Origin: Candidatus Uhrbacteria bacterium | Lineage (GTDB): Bacteria > Patescibacteriota > Patescibacteriia > SG8-24 | Assembly: GCA_016929435.1 (NCBI GenBank) | Contig: JAFGIV010000014.1 | Coordinates: 1 to 58,444, forward strand | DNA length: 58,444 nucleotides | Direction: 5' to 3' | Shown: positions 6,396 through 16,200 of the stretch, piece after piece | Position numbering within the stretch: position 1 is the stretch's first letter | How the letters are laid out: each line of letters opens with the position of its first letter | The notes under the pieces: generated by a model | What the model was told of the DNA's origin: nothing | Database searches by the model: none | What the model saw: the letters and a program-made list of their open reading frames with translations, nothing else | Position numbers and translations under genes: made by a program

Positions 6396-8891
6396 ATGGA
6401 TCTATTGGCGATAATCGGGTCTTTGATTGCGGGAACCGTGGCGGCCGTGGTGGCGTTCGCCTGTTTTTTCCTGATACACAGGGAGTTTCGCCGTCGGAGA
6501 CAGCCCCACCTACTGGTTTTTTCCCTGGCGTTCCTGGCTTGCGGTCTCGGTTTTTCGGCCCTGTTCGTGTCCCGGTGGGCTTGGGCGTATGCCGCCCTTT
6601 CGGCCTCCGTTTTCGGTTATGGCCTGGCGTCCTTCTTCCTGACCGTTGTCCCGTTTTTGGTGTTGGAGGGGGTATCCAGGATTCGGGGCGGACGTTTCGT
6701 CGCCTGGAGAAGCCTGGCCAATGCTGTTGCCGCATTGGCCTTTCTCCTTATCCTGGCGGTTTGGGACCGAGGATCCCTGTCCGCCTTCTTTCCCGGAATT
6801 TCGGGTGGTGCCGGCGGTTGGCCGCTCCACACCCTGACGGTCATTGCCTGGGTATTGGGACTTGCGGGCCTGGCGGCCGGTTTTCTGGCCCGCAATTTGG
6901 GATTCGGGACCCGTCGGTTAGGTGGGCTTTCCCTGGCCAGTTTGTCGTTTGGCATTTTCCTGGGGGCCCTAGTCCTTTCCGGCCGGAACATCGGGCTGGT
7001 TCCGGCGGTCTATGCGTCCGTTTCGGTGTTCATGATCCTTCTTTCCCTGGCCGTTTCCGCTTTCGGACACCCGGACCGGGAGGTGACGGACCGTCCGTGG
7101 CGCATGGTCCAAAGGAGCCTGACCTTCAAGGCGGTCATATTCAACGTGGTGTCCTTCTGGGTGATGTCGTTCCTGGTGATGGCGATTGCGGTGCTTTATT
7201 TCGTCCGCCTGGATGTCCACGGTAAGCAGTTGGCGGTTACGGACGGCACTGTCCGGATGTCGAAATGCGTTACCAACGCGAAAGACTCCGCCCTCCAGGC
7301 GGTCCAGTTCCTCTCCTTTTCCTCCAGGCGATCCCCGATCGTGGCCAGCGGTGACGGTTGGCGGTCGGACGGGACGGAATATTTGCTGGACGCCAACCGG
7401 AGCCAGTTCATTCGGATACTGGACGGCGGCGGGAGGGTGATTTACGGGAATTTTGGATCCGACGAGATCGGACGGGATTTCATCGGGTTGAGGGCCGTCC
7501 AGGGAGCCTTGGCCGGCCGGTCGCTGTCCTTCCTGGAGGAGGATCCCGGATTCGGTAGGGTAATGCTGCAGGCGGCCGCCCCGGTTTCCCTGGAAGGCGG
7601 AAAACAGGGGGTCATTCTCCTGTCCCGCCAGATGGACCTTTGTCAGGATACGGTATTTGGGACCGGTCTCATGCCGACGGGTTTCGGGATGGTTGACCGG
7701 TTCGGCCGCCCGATCGTCAGTGCCGGGCATCCCATTGACCTTAGGCAGGCGACGGCCGAATACGTCACGGCCGACGACGTTCTTTCCCTGATCAGGGAAG
7801 GGCACGGCGGATTGGCGGCCGTTGAGGCAATCGGCGACGCGGACGGCCGGATCGAGGCTTTCGTCTTTTCCCACCTTTCCCCGACCGTGATCCATGCGGG
7901 GGCCGTTCGCCTGGCGGCCGTCATCATACTCATCCTTTTGGCGGCATTGGCCATGATAACGGTCGTCCTGACCTACAGCCTGACCGGCCTGGTCCGGCCG
8001 ATTCGGGAGATGCGGAAGGTGGCGAGGGCCGTCGAGTCAGGCGACTACGGAAGGAGGGTTTCCCACGGCGGCCAGGACGAGCTTGGCCAGCTGGCCGTTG
8101 GTTTCAACCGAATGGCCGTGACCATCGGCGAACAGACCGAACGGCTGCGCCGTCAGATGAGGGAGCAGGAGGATTTCCTGATCAACACCGCCCACGAGAT
8201 GAGGACACCGATCAACATTTTCAGCTGGACCGTTGACCTGATGCGTTTCGGGGATACTGGCCGGATGAACAAGTCGCAGCTGGACCTGGTCCATCAGCTG
8301 AGGCAGACGACCGACCGGCTCTCGGCCCTGGTCCAGAACCTCCTGGATACCGCCGAGATGGACCGGGGCGGGATTTCCGTCCAGGCAGAGGACGTCAACC
8401 TTTCCGACATAATCGATGCCGCCGCGGCGCTCATAACCGTCCGGGTCAAGGAAAAGAGGCTGGAGATGCTTTGGGAAAGGCCGGAACCGGCCATGATGGC
8501 CGTCGGTGACGGGAAGCGCATCCGCCAGGTCTTGGATAACCTGCTGGGAAATTCCGTGAAGTATTCCCATAAGGGGGGACGGATACGGATATCACTGGCT
8601 CCGGCCAGCCGCCGTTCGCCGGACGGCCCGAAGGGGAAGTACCTGAAGGTTACCGTTGAGGACAACGGCCGCGGCATCCCCAAGGACGAGCAGCATCGGG
8701 TCTTCACCCGCTTTTTCCGGTCCAGGAACGCCGTGGCCGGGGACATCGAGGGTGCCGGATTGGGTCTGCATATCGTCCGGCGGCTGGTGGAACTTCAGGG
8801 CGGTGAGGTCTGGTTCGAATCGGTCGAGAACGTAGGCAGCGTCTTCAGTTTCACCGTCCCGGCCGCCTCGACCAGGAAATCCCAGCATTGA
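6396..8891 (+). CDS. Multi-TM sensor histidine kinase (N-terminal TM bundle, extracytoplasmic Cache-like region, HAMP, HisKA, HATPase)
   Basis: H-box TAHEMRTPI, N-box NLLGNSVKY, G1 DNGRGI, F-box, G2 GAGLGL; HAMP ...DELGQLAVGFNRM; TGGTATAAT upstream. Confidence 0.92.
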   Translation: MDLLAIIGSLIAGTVAAVVAFACFFLIHREFRRRRQPHLLVFSLAFLACGLGFSALFVSRWAWAYAALSASVFGYGLASFFLTVVPFLVLEGVSRIRGGRFVAWRSLANAVAALAFLLILAVWDRGSLSAFFPGISGGAGGWPLHTLTVIAWVLGLAGLAAGFLARNLGFGTRRLGGLSLASLSFGIFLGALVLSGRNIGLVPAVYASVSVFMILLSLAVSAFGHPDREVTDRPWRMVQRSLTFKAVIFNVVSFWVMSFLVMAIAVLYFVRLDVHGKQLAVTDGTVRMSKCVTNAKDSALQAVQFLSFSSRRSPIVASGDGWRSDGTEYLLDANRSQFIRILDGGGRVIYGNFGSDEIGRDFIGLRAVQGALAGRSLSFLEEDPGFGRVMLQAAAPVSLEGGKQGVILLSRQMDLCQDTVFGTGLMPTGFGMVDRFGRPIVSAGHPIDLRQATAEYVTADDVLSLIREGHGGLAAVEAIGDADGRIEAFVFSHLSPTVIHAGAVRLAAVIILILLAALAMITVVLTYSLTGLVRPIREMRKVARAVESGDYGRRVSHGGQDELGQLAVGFNRMAVTIGEQTERLRRQMREQEDFLINTAHEMRTPINIFSWTVDLMRFGDTGRMNKSQLDLVHQLRQTTDRLSALVQNLLDTAEMDRGGISVQAEDVNLSDIIDAAAALITVRVKEKRLEMLWERPEPAMMAVGDGKRIRQVLDNLLGNSVKYSHKGGRIRISLAPASRRSPDGPKGKYLKVTVEDNGRGIPKDEQHRVFTRFFRSRNAVAGDIEGAGLGLHIVRRLVELQGGEVWFESVENVGSVFSFTVPAASTRKSQH

Positions 8892-8923
8892 AATGGGGAC
8901 AATCCCCGATTCTTACGAAACAT

Positions 8924-9343
8924 ATGACCGAAAGAACCAAGAAAAACAAGCCCACCGTTCTGGTGATCGAGGACGAACCGGCCCTGTCCGAAATCTTCAC
9001 CATGGCCCTGGAGATGGACGGTTTCCGCGTCGAGCGGGCCTTTGACGGGGTTGAGGGGCTGGACAAGGCCATTCACCTGAAGCCGGACATCATCATCCTG
9101 GACCTCCTCATGCCGATCAAGGACGGTTTTGACGTCCTCGGTGACCTGAAATCCAACGAGGGGACGGTAGGCATTCCGGTGGTCATCCTTTCCAACCTTG
9201 GCCAGGATTTCGAGAGGCAGCGGGGGTTGGAGATGGGGGCCGTCTGTTTCTACACCAAGACCGACCTGGACCAGGGGCAGCTGGGTTCCCTACTGAGGTC
9301 GGTTATGGCAGGGACGGGATGCAATATTGCGGCCCGGGAATGA
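8924..9343 (+). CDS. Single-domain response regulator
   Basis: VLVIEDE, DIIILDLLMP..DG and SN motifs; no output domain. Confidence 0.9.
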   Translation: MTERTKKNKPTVLVIEDEPALSEIFTMALEMDGFRVERAFDGVEGLDKAIHLKPDIIILDLLMPIKDGFDVLGDLKSNEGTVGIPVVILSNLGQDFERQRGLEMGAVCFYTKTDLDQGQLGSLLRSVMAGTGCNIAARE

Positions 9344-9374
9344 TCCAGCGGGAACAGTGAACGCGCATTGACTT

Positions 9375-9791
9375 ATGACGCCAACGGCGGCACAACCCGA
9401 GGCCGCGGGGAAGATACGGGTCCTGGTGATCGAGGACGACCGTTTTCTCCAGAAGATTCTGCTGATGAAGTTTCAGTCGGAGGGTTTTGACGTCCGTGGG
9501 GCATCGGACGGGGAGGAGGGGCTGAAGATGATGTTGGCCGACCCGCCCGATCTGGTGGTGCTTGACCTGATCCTTCCCAAGATGAACGGTTTTGAGGTCC
9601 TGACGGAAATGAGGACCAGCGTCTCGACCAAGGAAATACCGGTGGTGGTCCTTTCCAACCTCGGACAGGACGAGGATATCCGCCGGGTGATGGAGTTGGG
9701 GGCCCTGGAGTTCCTGGTTAAGAGCAACCATTCGATCATGGAGGTGGTCGGAAAGGTGAAGGAGGCTTACGCCCGTCACCTGAACCGGTGA
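9375..9791 (+). CDS. Single-domain response regulator
   Basis: VLVIEDD, DLVVLDLILPKMNG and FLVK motifs. Confidence 0.9.
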   Translation: MTPTAAQPEAAGKIRVLVIEDDRFLQKILLMKFQSEGFDVRGASDGEEGLKMMLADPPDLVVLDLILPKMNGFEVLTEMRTSVSTKEIPVVVLSNLGQDEDIRRVMELGALEFLVKSNHSIMEVVGKVKEAYARHLNR

Positions 9792-9808
9792 GATAACCCT
9801 TCCGCTAC

Positions 9809-11491
9809 ATGGCGTTGGAGATATCGGAACTCAGGAAGATGCTGGTCGGTTCCGGCCTGGTGCCGGAGGCGGATTTCGAGGCGGCGGTTCGGGAATCGTC
9901 CGAATCGGGCCAGTTCCTGGACCGGATACTGGTGGAACGGGGCCTGGTGCCGGACGAATACCTGGGACAGATGGTCGCCGAGGGGTTCGGTGTCCCCTTC
10001 GTCAGCCTCGGCAGTCGGGAGATACCGGATGAAACCCTGCGAATCATCCCGGAACGGGTGGCCCGGCGTTCCCGGATGGTGGCTTTCGGCAGGGACGGCT
10101 CCGGAAAGGTCCTGCTGGCCATGGCCGACCCGACCGATCTGGAGACGATACGCCTGATCGAGAAGAGGGCGGGGGTGCCGGTGGTCGTCCATTACGCCAC
10201 GGACGTCGGCCTGGCCCGGGCCCTGGAACGGTATTCGACGGACCTGGAAAGCGCCATCCGCGGGGTTCTGGACCGGAAGGGCGCGGACGGCGATGACGGG
10301 GAGGGGATACCGGTTACGGTGGTGGAGATGATTTTGGGGTATGCCTTCCAGAGCGGGGCATCGGATGTCCATATCGAGCCGCAGCAGAAGGGCATTGCCG
10401 TGCGCTATCGGGTCGACGGCATTCTCCACGACAGGGTCAACCTTCCGAGGGACCTGCTGGACCCGATAATCAGCAGGATCAAGGTGATGTCCCGAATGCG
10501 GACCGACGAGCATTTTGCGGCCCAGGACGGGAAGTTCCAGGAGGTCATCGACGGCAGGCGGGTGGATATCCGCGTCTCTGTCCTGCCGGTCGTGGACGGT
10601 GAGAAGGTGGTGATGAGGCTCATGGCCGAGAAGGGCCGGCGGTTCGACCTGGCGGATCTGGGATTTTCCGTCGATGACCTGAAAAGGATCCGCCACCACA
10701 GCCAACGGTCATACGGCATGATACTGGCGACCGGCCCCACCGGGTCCGGCAAGACCACCACCATGTACGCCGTACTGAAGACCCTGAACACCAGGGACGT
10801 AAACATCGCCACCATCGAGGACCCGATCGAATACGCCATCGAGGGGGTCAGTCAGATACAGGTGAACCCCAAGGTCGGACTGACGTTCGCCTCCGGGCTG
10901 CGGTCCATAGTCCGCCAGGATCCGGATATCGTCATGGTCGGGGAGATACGCGACGAGGAGACGGCCGGGATCGCCGTGAACGCCGCCATGACCGGGCACC
11001 TGGTCCTTTCCACCCTCCACACGAACGATGCCGCCACCACCCTGCCGCGTTTCAGGGACATGAACGTGGAACCCTTCCTGATATCGTCGTCCATCAACCT
11101 GATAATCGCCCAAAGGCTGGTCCGGAAGATATGTTCGCGCTGCATCGTAAGCGCCGACGTTACCGAGGAGGAGTTGGGGGAGAGGATGTCCGGGGACATG
11201 GTAAGGGAGCTTTACCGCCTTCGGACCTCCAGGAAGGGGCCGTTGCGCCTGTATCGGGGAAAGGGGTGCGTCCACTGCGGCAATACCGGTTACTCCGGAC
11301 GGATCGGCATCTACGAGCTGTTGGAGGTTACGGATGCCGTTCGGGAACTGATCATGGCCGAGGCCAACGCCAAGGTGATCCGCGGGAAGGCCGTTGAGGA
11401 GGGAATGACCACGATGCTGGAAGACGGTTTCCGGAAGGCGATTTCCGGACAGACGACGATCGACGAGGTTCTCCGGGTCGCCGGAGAATAG
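9809..11491 (+). CDS. pilB: Type IV pilus assembly ATPase PilB/GspE
   Basis: Walker A GPTGSGKT, Asp box TIEDPIE, Walker B MVGEIRD, His box HLVLSTLHTND, Zn CxxC...CxxC. Confidence 0.95.
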   Translation: MALEISELRKMLVGSGLVPEADFEAAVRESSESGQFLDRILVERGLVPDEYLGQMVAEGFGVPFVSLGSREIPDETLRIIPERVARRSRMVAFGRDGSGKVLLAMADPTDLETIRLIEKRAGVPVVVHYATDVGLARALERYSTDLESAIRGVLDRKGADGDDGEGIPVTVVEMILGYAFQSGASDVHIEPQQKGIAVRYRVDGILHDRVNLPRDLLDPIISRIKVMSRMRTDEHFAAQDGKFQEVIDGRRVDIRVSVLPVVDGEKVVMRLMAEKGRRFDLADLGFSVDDLKRIRHHSQRSYGMILATGPTGSGKTTTMYAVLKTLNTRDVNIATIEDPIEYAIEGVSQIQVNPKVGLTFASGLRSIVRQDPDIVMVGEIRDEETAGIAVNAAMTGHLVLSTLHTNDAATTLPRFRDMNVEPFLISSSINLIIAQRLVRKICSRCIVSADVTEEELGERMSGDMVRELYRLRTSRKGPLRLYRGKGCVHCGNTGYSGRIGIYELLEVTDAVRELIMAEANAKVIRGKAVEEGMTTMLEDGFRKAISGQTTIDEVLRVAGE

Positions 11492-11501
11492 CCGCAAGCC
11501 C

Positions 11502-12731
11502 ATGTCATACGGTTATGTAGCGTCAACCGGCGAGGGAAAGCTGGTTCGGGGGGTGTCCGAACTGTCCAGCCGGAATTCGGTGATCCGGGACCTGGAATCC
11601 CGGGGCCTGGTCGTGGTTTCGGTCGATCCGGTCCGCCGTTCCCGGTCCTTGGTCCGATTCAGCCTCCGTTCCCTTGGACTGGTCAGCCACCTGGACAAGA
11701 TGATATTCATCAAGCACCTGACCGTCATGGTCAAGGCCGGACTGTCGCTCCTGGAATCCCTGAGGATCCTCCGGGAACAGGCCGCCTCCTTCCGGTTCCG
11801 GATGATCCTGGGGGAGGTAGTCTCCTCGGTCGAGAAGGGGGGAAGCCTTTCCGATTCCCTGGCCCGTTTTCCTAAGGTGTTCTCCGCGTTTTTCGTCAAT
11901 GTAGTCCGGTCCGGGGAGACCGCCGGAACCCTGGAGGGCAACCTGGAACACCTGTCGGAACAGTTCTCCAGGGACCACGAGCTTCGGGGCCGGGTCCGGA
12001 GCGCCATGATGTATCCGGTTTTCGTTATCCTGGCGGCCTTGGCGATCGGCTTCTATTTTGCCCTGTACATAATTCCGCAGGTCGCCGGTCTTTTCGGCGG
12101 ATTGGGGGGGATTGAGATGCCGCTGGCCACCAGGGTCATGATGGGCATTGCCGGCTTTGTCAGGAATCACGGCCCGGCCCTTGCCATCGGAACCGTCGCC
12201 GGCCTGGCCTTTCTGGTCTGGCTGTTGCGGCGGAGGTTCATCCGTCCCCTGACCCACGGCATCATCCTGAAGGTTCCGATTTTCGGGAAGCTCGTCCGGA
12301 ACATCAATTCGGCCCTGTTCTGCCTGGTGTTCGGCACCCAAATGCGCAGCGGCATCCCGATCCTCCAGGCCCTGGAGGTTACCGCCAGCGTCTTGGGGAA
12401 CTGGCACTTCCAGCAGGCCATCCTGGCCACGGCCGAATCGGTCCGGCGCGGGCAGTCCCTTTCCGAAAGCCTGGCGGAACACCCCCGGGTGTTTTCCCGC
12501 CTGACGGTCCGGATGGTGGAGGTTGGGGAACGGTCCGGCCGGCTGGACGAGATACTCGGTTTCCTGGCCGATTTCTACGGTCTGGAGGTCGAGACGACCA
12601 CCAAGAACCTTACGACGATACTGGAACCGGTCATGTTGGTGACCATCGGCCTTCTGGCCCTGGGGCTGGCCTATGCCATCATCATCCCGATCTACAATTT
12701 CGTCGGTTCAATCGGGAACATGGGGCGATAG
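11502..12731 (+). CDS. pilC: Type IV pilus platform protein PilC/GspF
   Basis: Two T2SSF repeats (GE..GTLE..L; MVEVGERSGRLDE), VRSAMMYP, LEP. Confidence 0.93.
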   Translation: MSYGYVASTGEGKLVRGVSELSSRNSVIRDLESRGLVVVSVDPVRRSRSLVRFSLRSLGLVSHLDKMIFIKHLTVMVKAGLSLLESLRILREQAASFRFRMILGEVVSSVEKGGSLSDSLARFPKVFSAFFVNVVRSGETAGTLEGNLEHLSEQFSRDHELRGRVRSAMMYPVFVILAALAIGFYFALYIIPQVAGLFGGLGGIEMPLATRVMMGIAGFVRNHGPALAIGTVAGLAFLVWLLRRRFIRPLTHGIILKVPIFGKLVRNINSALFCLVFGTQMRSGIPILQALEVTASVLGNWHFQQAILATAESVRRGQSLSESLAEHPRVFSRLTVRMVEVGERSGRLDEILGFLADFYGLEVETTTKNLTTILEPVMLVTIGLLALGLAYAIIIPIYNFVGSIGNMGR

Positions 12732-12740
12732 CCGACAGCC

Positions 12741-13229
12741 ATGGTTTTCTTGCGCGACAAGAAGGGGAAACCGATTTCCGGGTTCGGTCGAAAGGCTGGC
12801 CTGACGACAATTGAGGTTCTCCTGGCGATCACCCTGTTTGCGGCCGTGGCGGCCATGACCGCCCCCTTTGCGGGGCGGACCGTCGGCGGCGGTCAGGTTT
12901 CGGCCACGGCCGAGCGGGTGACCGATGCCCTGCGCCAGGCCCAGTTCGGGGCCATGAACGGCCGGAATCCCGGGCGGTTCGGGGTCCGTTTTGAACCGGA
13001 CCGCTTCACCTATTTTTCCGGTCCGTCCTACAGTCCGGCTGATCCGGAGAACGTCGTCACTGTCCTGGACGGCGGAGTTTCCATTTCCCACAGCCTTTCC
13101 GGGAACGACGAGGTCGTTTTCGGCAACCATTTGGGGCGGCCGTCGGCGTCCGGTACGGTTACCGTAACCGCCGATTCCGGCCAGAGCCAGACCGTTACCG
13201 TCGGTTCGGACGGCCTGATCGGGCGCTGA
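12741..13229 (+). CDS. Minor pilin / GspH-FimT-like pseudopilin
   Basis: Prepilin site AG|LTTIE followed by a hydrophobic helix. Confidence 0.8.
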   Translation: MVFLRDKKGKPISGFGRKAGLTTIEVLLAITLFAAVAAMTAPFAGRTVGGGQVSATAERVTDALRQAQFGAMNGRNPGRFGVRFEPDRFTYFSGPSYSPADPENVVTVLDGGVSISHSLSGNDEVVFGNHLGRPSASGTVTVTADSGQSQTVTVGSDGLIGR

Positions 13230-13252
13230 CCGGACGAACGGAGACAGGTGCC

Positions 13253-16200
13253 ATGCCGACCTTCCGCCGCCATCGCCATACCGGGGGTTTCTCCATATTG
13301 GAGGCGATCATTTCCGTCGCCGTTTTCGGCATCCTGGCCTCCGGCGTCATGATGCTCGTTACCGGCCCGATGTCCGTGGCCAACAAGTCAGCCGATCGGC
13401 AGCGGGCCCTGTTCCTGTCGGAGGAGGGGGTCGAGGCCAGCCGTTCGATCCGCGATGAGGGTTGGGCGGGGCTGGCGGTCGGTAGCCACGGCCTGAGCTC
13501 GGTTTCCGGCCGGTGGCGGTTCAGCGGCCCGGAAGACTCCACTCCCGACGGATTCACGAGGGTGGTCACCGTTTCCGAGGTCCGGAGGGATACGGAAGGG
13601 AACATCGTCGTTTCCGGAGGCAATCCGGACAAACGGACCCGTCAGGTGACGTCCACGGTCAGCTGGGACGACTTCGGCCAGGTCCGTTCGGTCAGCTCCG
13701 TCGCCTACCTGACCGACTGGGACACCTACGACTGGAGACAGTCCACGGACGGGGATTTCCTTCCCGGAACCAGGAACGGCACGCGTATATCCGGCAGCGG
13801 GGAACCGGCGGCCGTGGAGCTGGCGCCTGCCGAAGGGAAGCTCTGGACTTCGGCCGAGGGGAACCTGATCACCCACACGACCGATACCGACTGGTCAGGC
13901 GGCTCTTTCGCGGATACGGAGCTGGTCGGTTCGGGAACGGATGCCTCCATTGCCGAATCCGGACCGATGCGTTGGGTGGAGATCCGGTCCGGCAAGTCGT
14001 TTTTCCACACGACCGACACGGATTTCCTTTCCGGCACCTTCAGCGGCACGGTTGCGGAAGGCACCGGGGACCTGGGTTCGCTGACGGTCGACCGGACTGA
14101 AGGGTGGTCCGTTTCGGTTTCCCCCACCGGTCAGGATATCCGCGGCATTTACATGTTGAGCGATACCGACGGCTGGGCGGTCGGGACAAGCGGCACCATC
14201 CTCCGTTGGGACGGAACTGTTTGGTCGGTATTCGCCGATACCGGCAGTCAGGCCTGGTCCGGCGTCAGCTGCGTCTCGCCCGACGACTGCTGGGCCTCCG
14301 GGGACAGCGGCCGCATCGCCCGCTGGAACGGCACCTCCTGGTCCCAGTTCGTTGACCTGGGGAACCAGGCCTGGTCCGGATTGGCCTGTACGTCATCTTC
14401 CGATTGTTGGGCCGTGGGGAATAGCGGCCGCATCGCCCGCTGGAACGGCACCTCCTGGTCCCAGTTCGTTGACCTGGGGAACCAGGCCTGGTCCGGCGTC
14501 AGCTGCGTATCGTCCGACGACTGCTGGGCCTCCGGGAATAGCGGCCGCATCGCCCGCTGGAACGGCACCTCCTGGTCCCAGTTCACGGATACCGGCAGCC
14601 AGACCTGGAAGGCCGTCCGGATGGTTTCGGCTGCGGACGGTTGGATTACGGCCACAAACGGCAATATCCGTCGCTGGAACGGATCGTCCTGGGTCAGTGT
14701 CGCCTCTCCTACCGCACAATCCCTCAACGGGCTGTTCTGCCTATCGGCCAACGTTTGTTTGGCCGTCGGCGGAAGCGGAATCATCATCGGATGGAACGGC
14801 ACCGCTTGGAGTCAGGTGACTGATTTGGGCGGCCAGGTTTGGTCCGGAGTCGCCTGCGCCTCCTCGGACAGGTGCTGGACAGTCGGGGATGACGGAAACA
14901 TGGCCCGGTACGGTCCCCATTTCCTGCCTTCCGGCACGTACCTGTCGGACGTTTTCGATGCCGGGGAAACGGTCGATTGGGGCTATGCCTTCTGGTCCGA
15001 AAGCCTGCCGGACAACACCGAACTGACCGTGGCGTTCCGTTCCGGCAACGTCCCGGTTCCGGGCGGGTCATGGTCGGCCTGGAGCTCGGAATACACCGAT
15101 CCGGTGAACACCCAAATCCCGTCCCCCTCCTCCAGGTATTTTCAGTATAGGGTCAGCATGTCCACCGGCGATCTCGACGTTGCCCCCAGGCTAGAGGCGA
15201 TTGCCGTGTACTACAACCAGCCTCAGCCGGTCAGCTATTTCGACATGAAGACGATCGGCGATACGGACGGCTGGGCCGTCGGACAGGGCGGGGCCATTGC
15301 CCGTTTCGACGGCAGCGAGTGGTCGTCATACCCGTCGCCCACCTCCAGCACGCTTTACGACGTTGATTTCGCTTCGGCCGACGACGTTTGGGCGGTCGGG
15401 GCCAACGGCACCGTCATCCACTGGAACGGCAGCTCGTGGGGTGCGGTCAGCTCACCGACATCCTGGGCCCTTTACGGCATCGATATCCTGCCCGACGGAA
15501 CCGGCTGGGCCGTCGGCCGGAAGGGGACGGTCATCGAGCTGCGCGGTAACGGGAATTGGTATTCCGCCGTTTCCCCTACCGCCCGTGACCTGAATGCCGT
15601 GAGTCTGGTTTCCGGGACGGACGGGTGGGCCGTGGGAAACCAGGGTTCGGTAATTCGCTGGAACGGCACGGCCTGGTCGACCGTTTCCGTTTCCTACAGC
15701 CAGCGGCTAAACGGTGTCCATGCGGTCAGCGGATCGTTTGCGGTGACTGTCGGCCAGGGCGGGACAGTGTTCGTTTGGGACGGTTCGTCTTGGGTCGGGA
15801 GCGATTCCACCGTATCCAACGAGCTTTTGGATGTCTGGTGCCGGTCAACGGACGATTGTTGGGCCGTCGGCATCCAGCAGACCTTCGTCCAGTGGGACGG
15901 AACCGGATGGTCACAGTACTATTTCAGCAACCCGTCCAATCCCGTAGTGCAGGGGGTTTTTCTCCCGTTGGCCGGTGACGGTTGGGCGACCGGTGAGGGC
16001 GGGGCGCTTTACCGCTATACCGCCTATCGCCAGCCGGTTGCCTACTATACCGGTCCGGCCGTGGATTCCGGTGAGGACGGTGCGGTCTGGAACACGGTCA
16101 GTTGGGAATCCCTCCAGCCCCTCCTTACCGGCCTGTCGGTTTCGGTCCGGACCGGTCCGACACCGTCCCCCGACGGGTCCTGGTCGGCCTGGTCCGGTGA

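Noticed and set aside
8891-8911. GGGGACAATCCCC palindrome between the kinase and first receiver
   Set aside because: Single copy in the window and no T-tract; cannot be supported as a repeat family or terminator.
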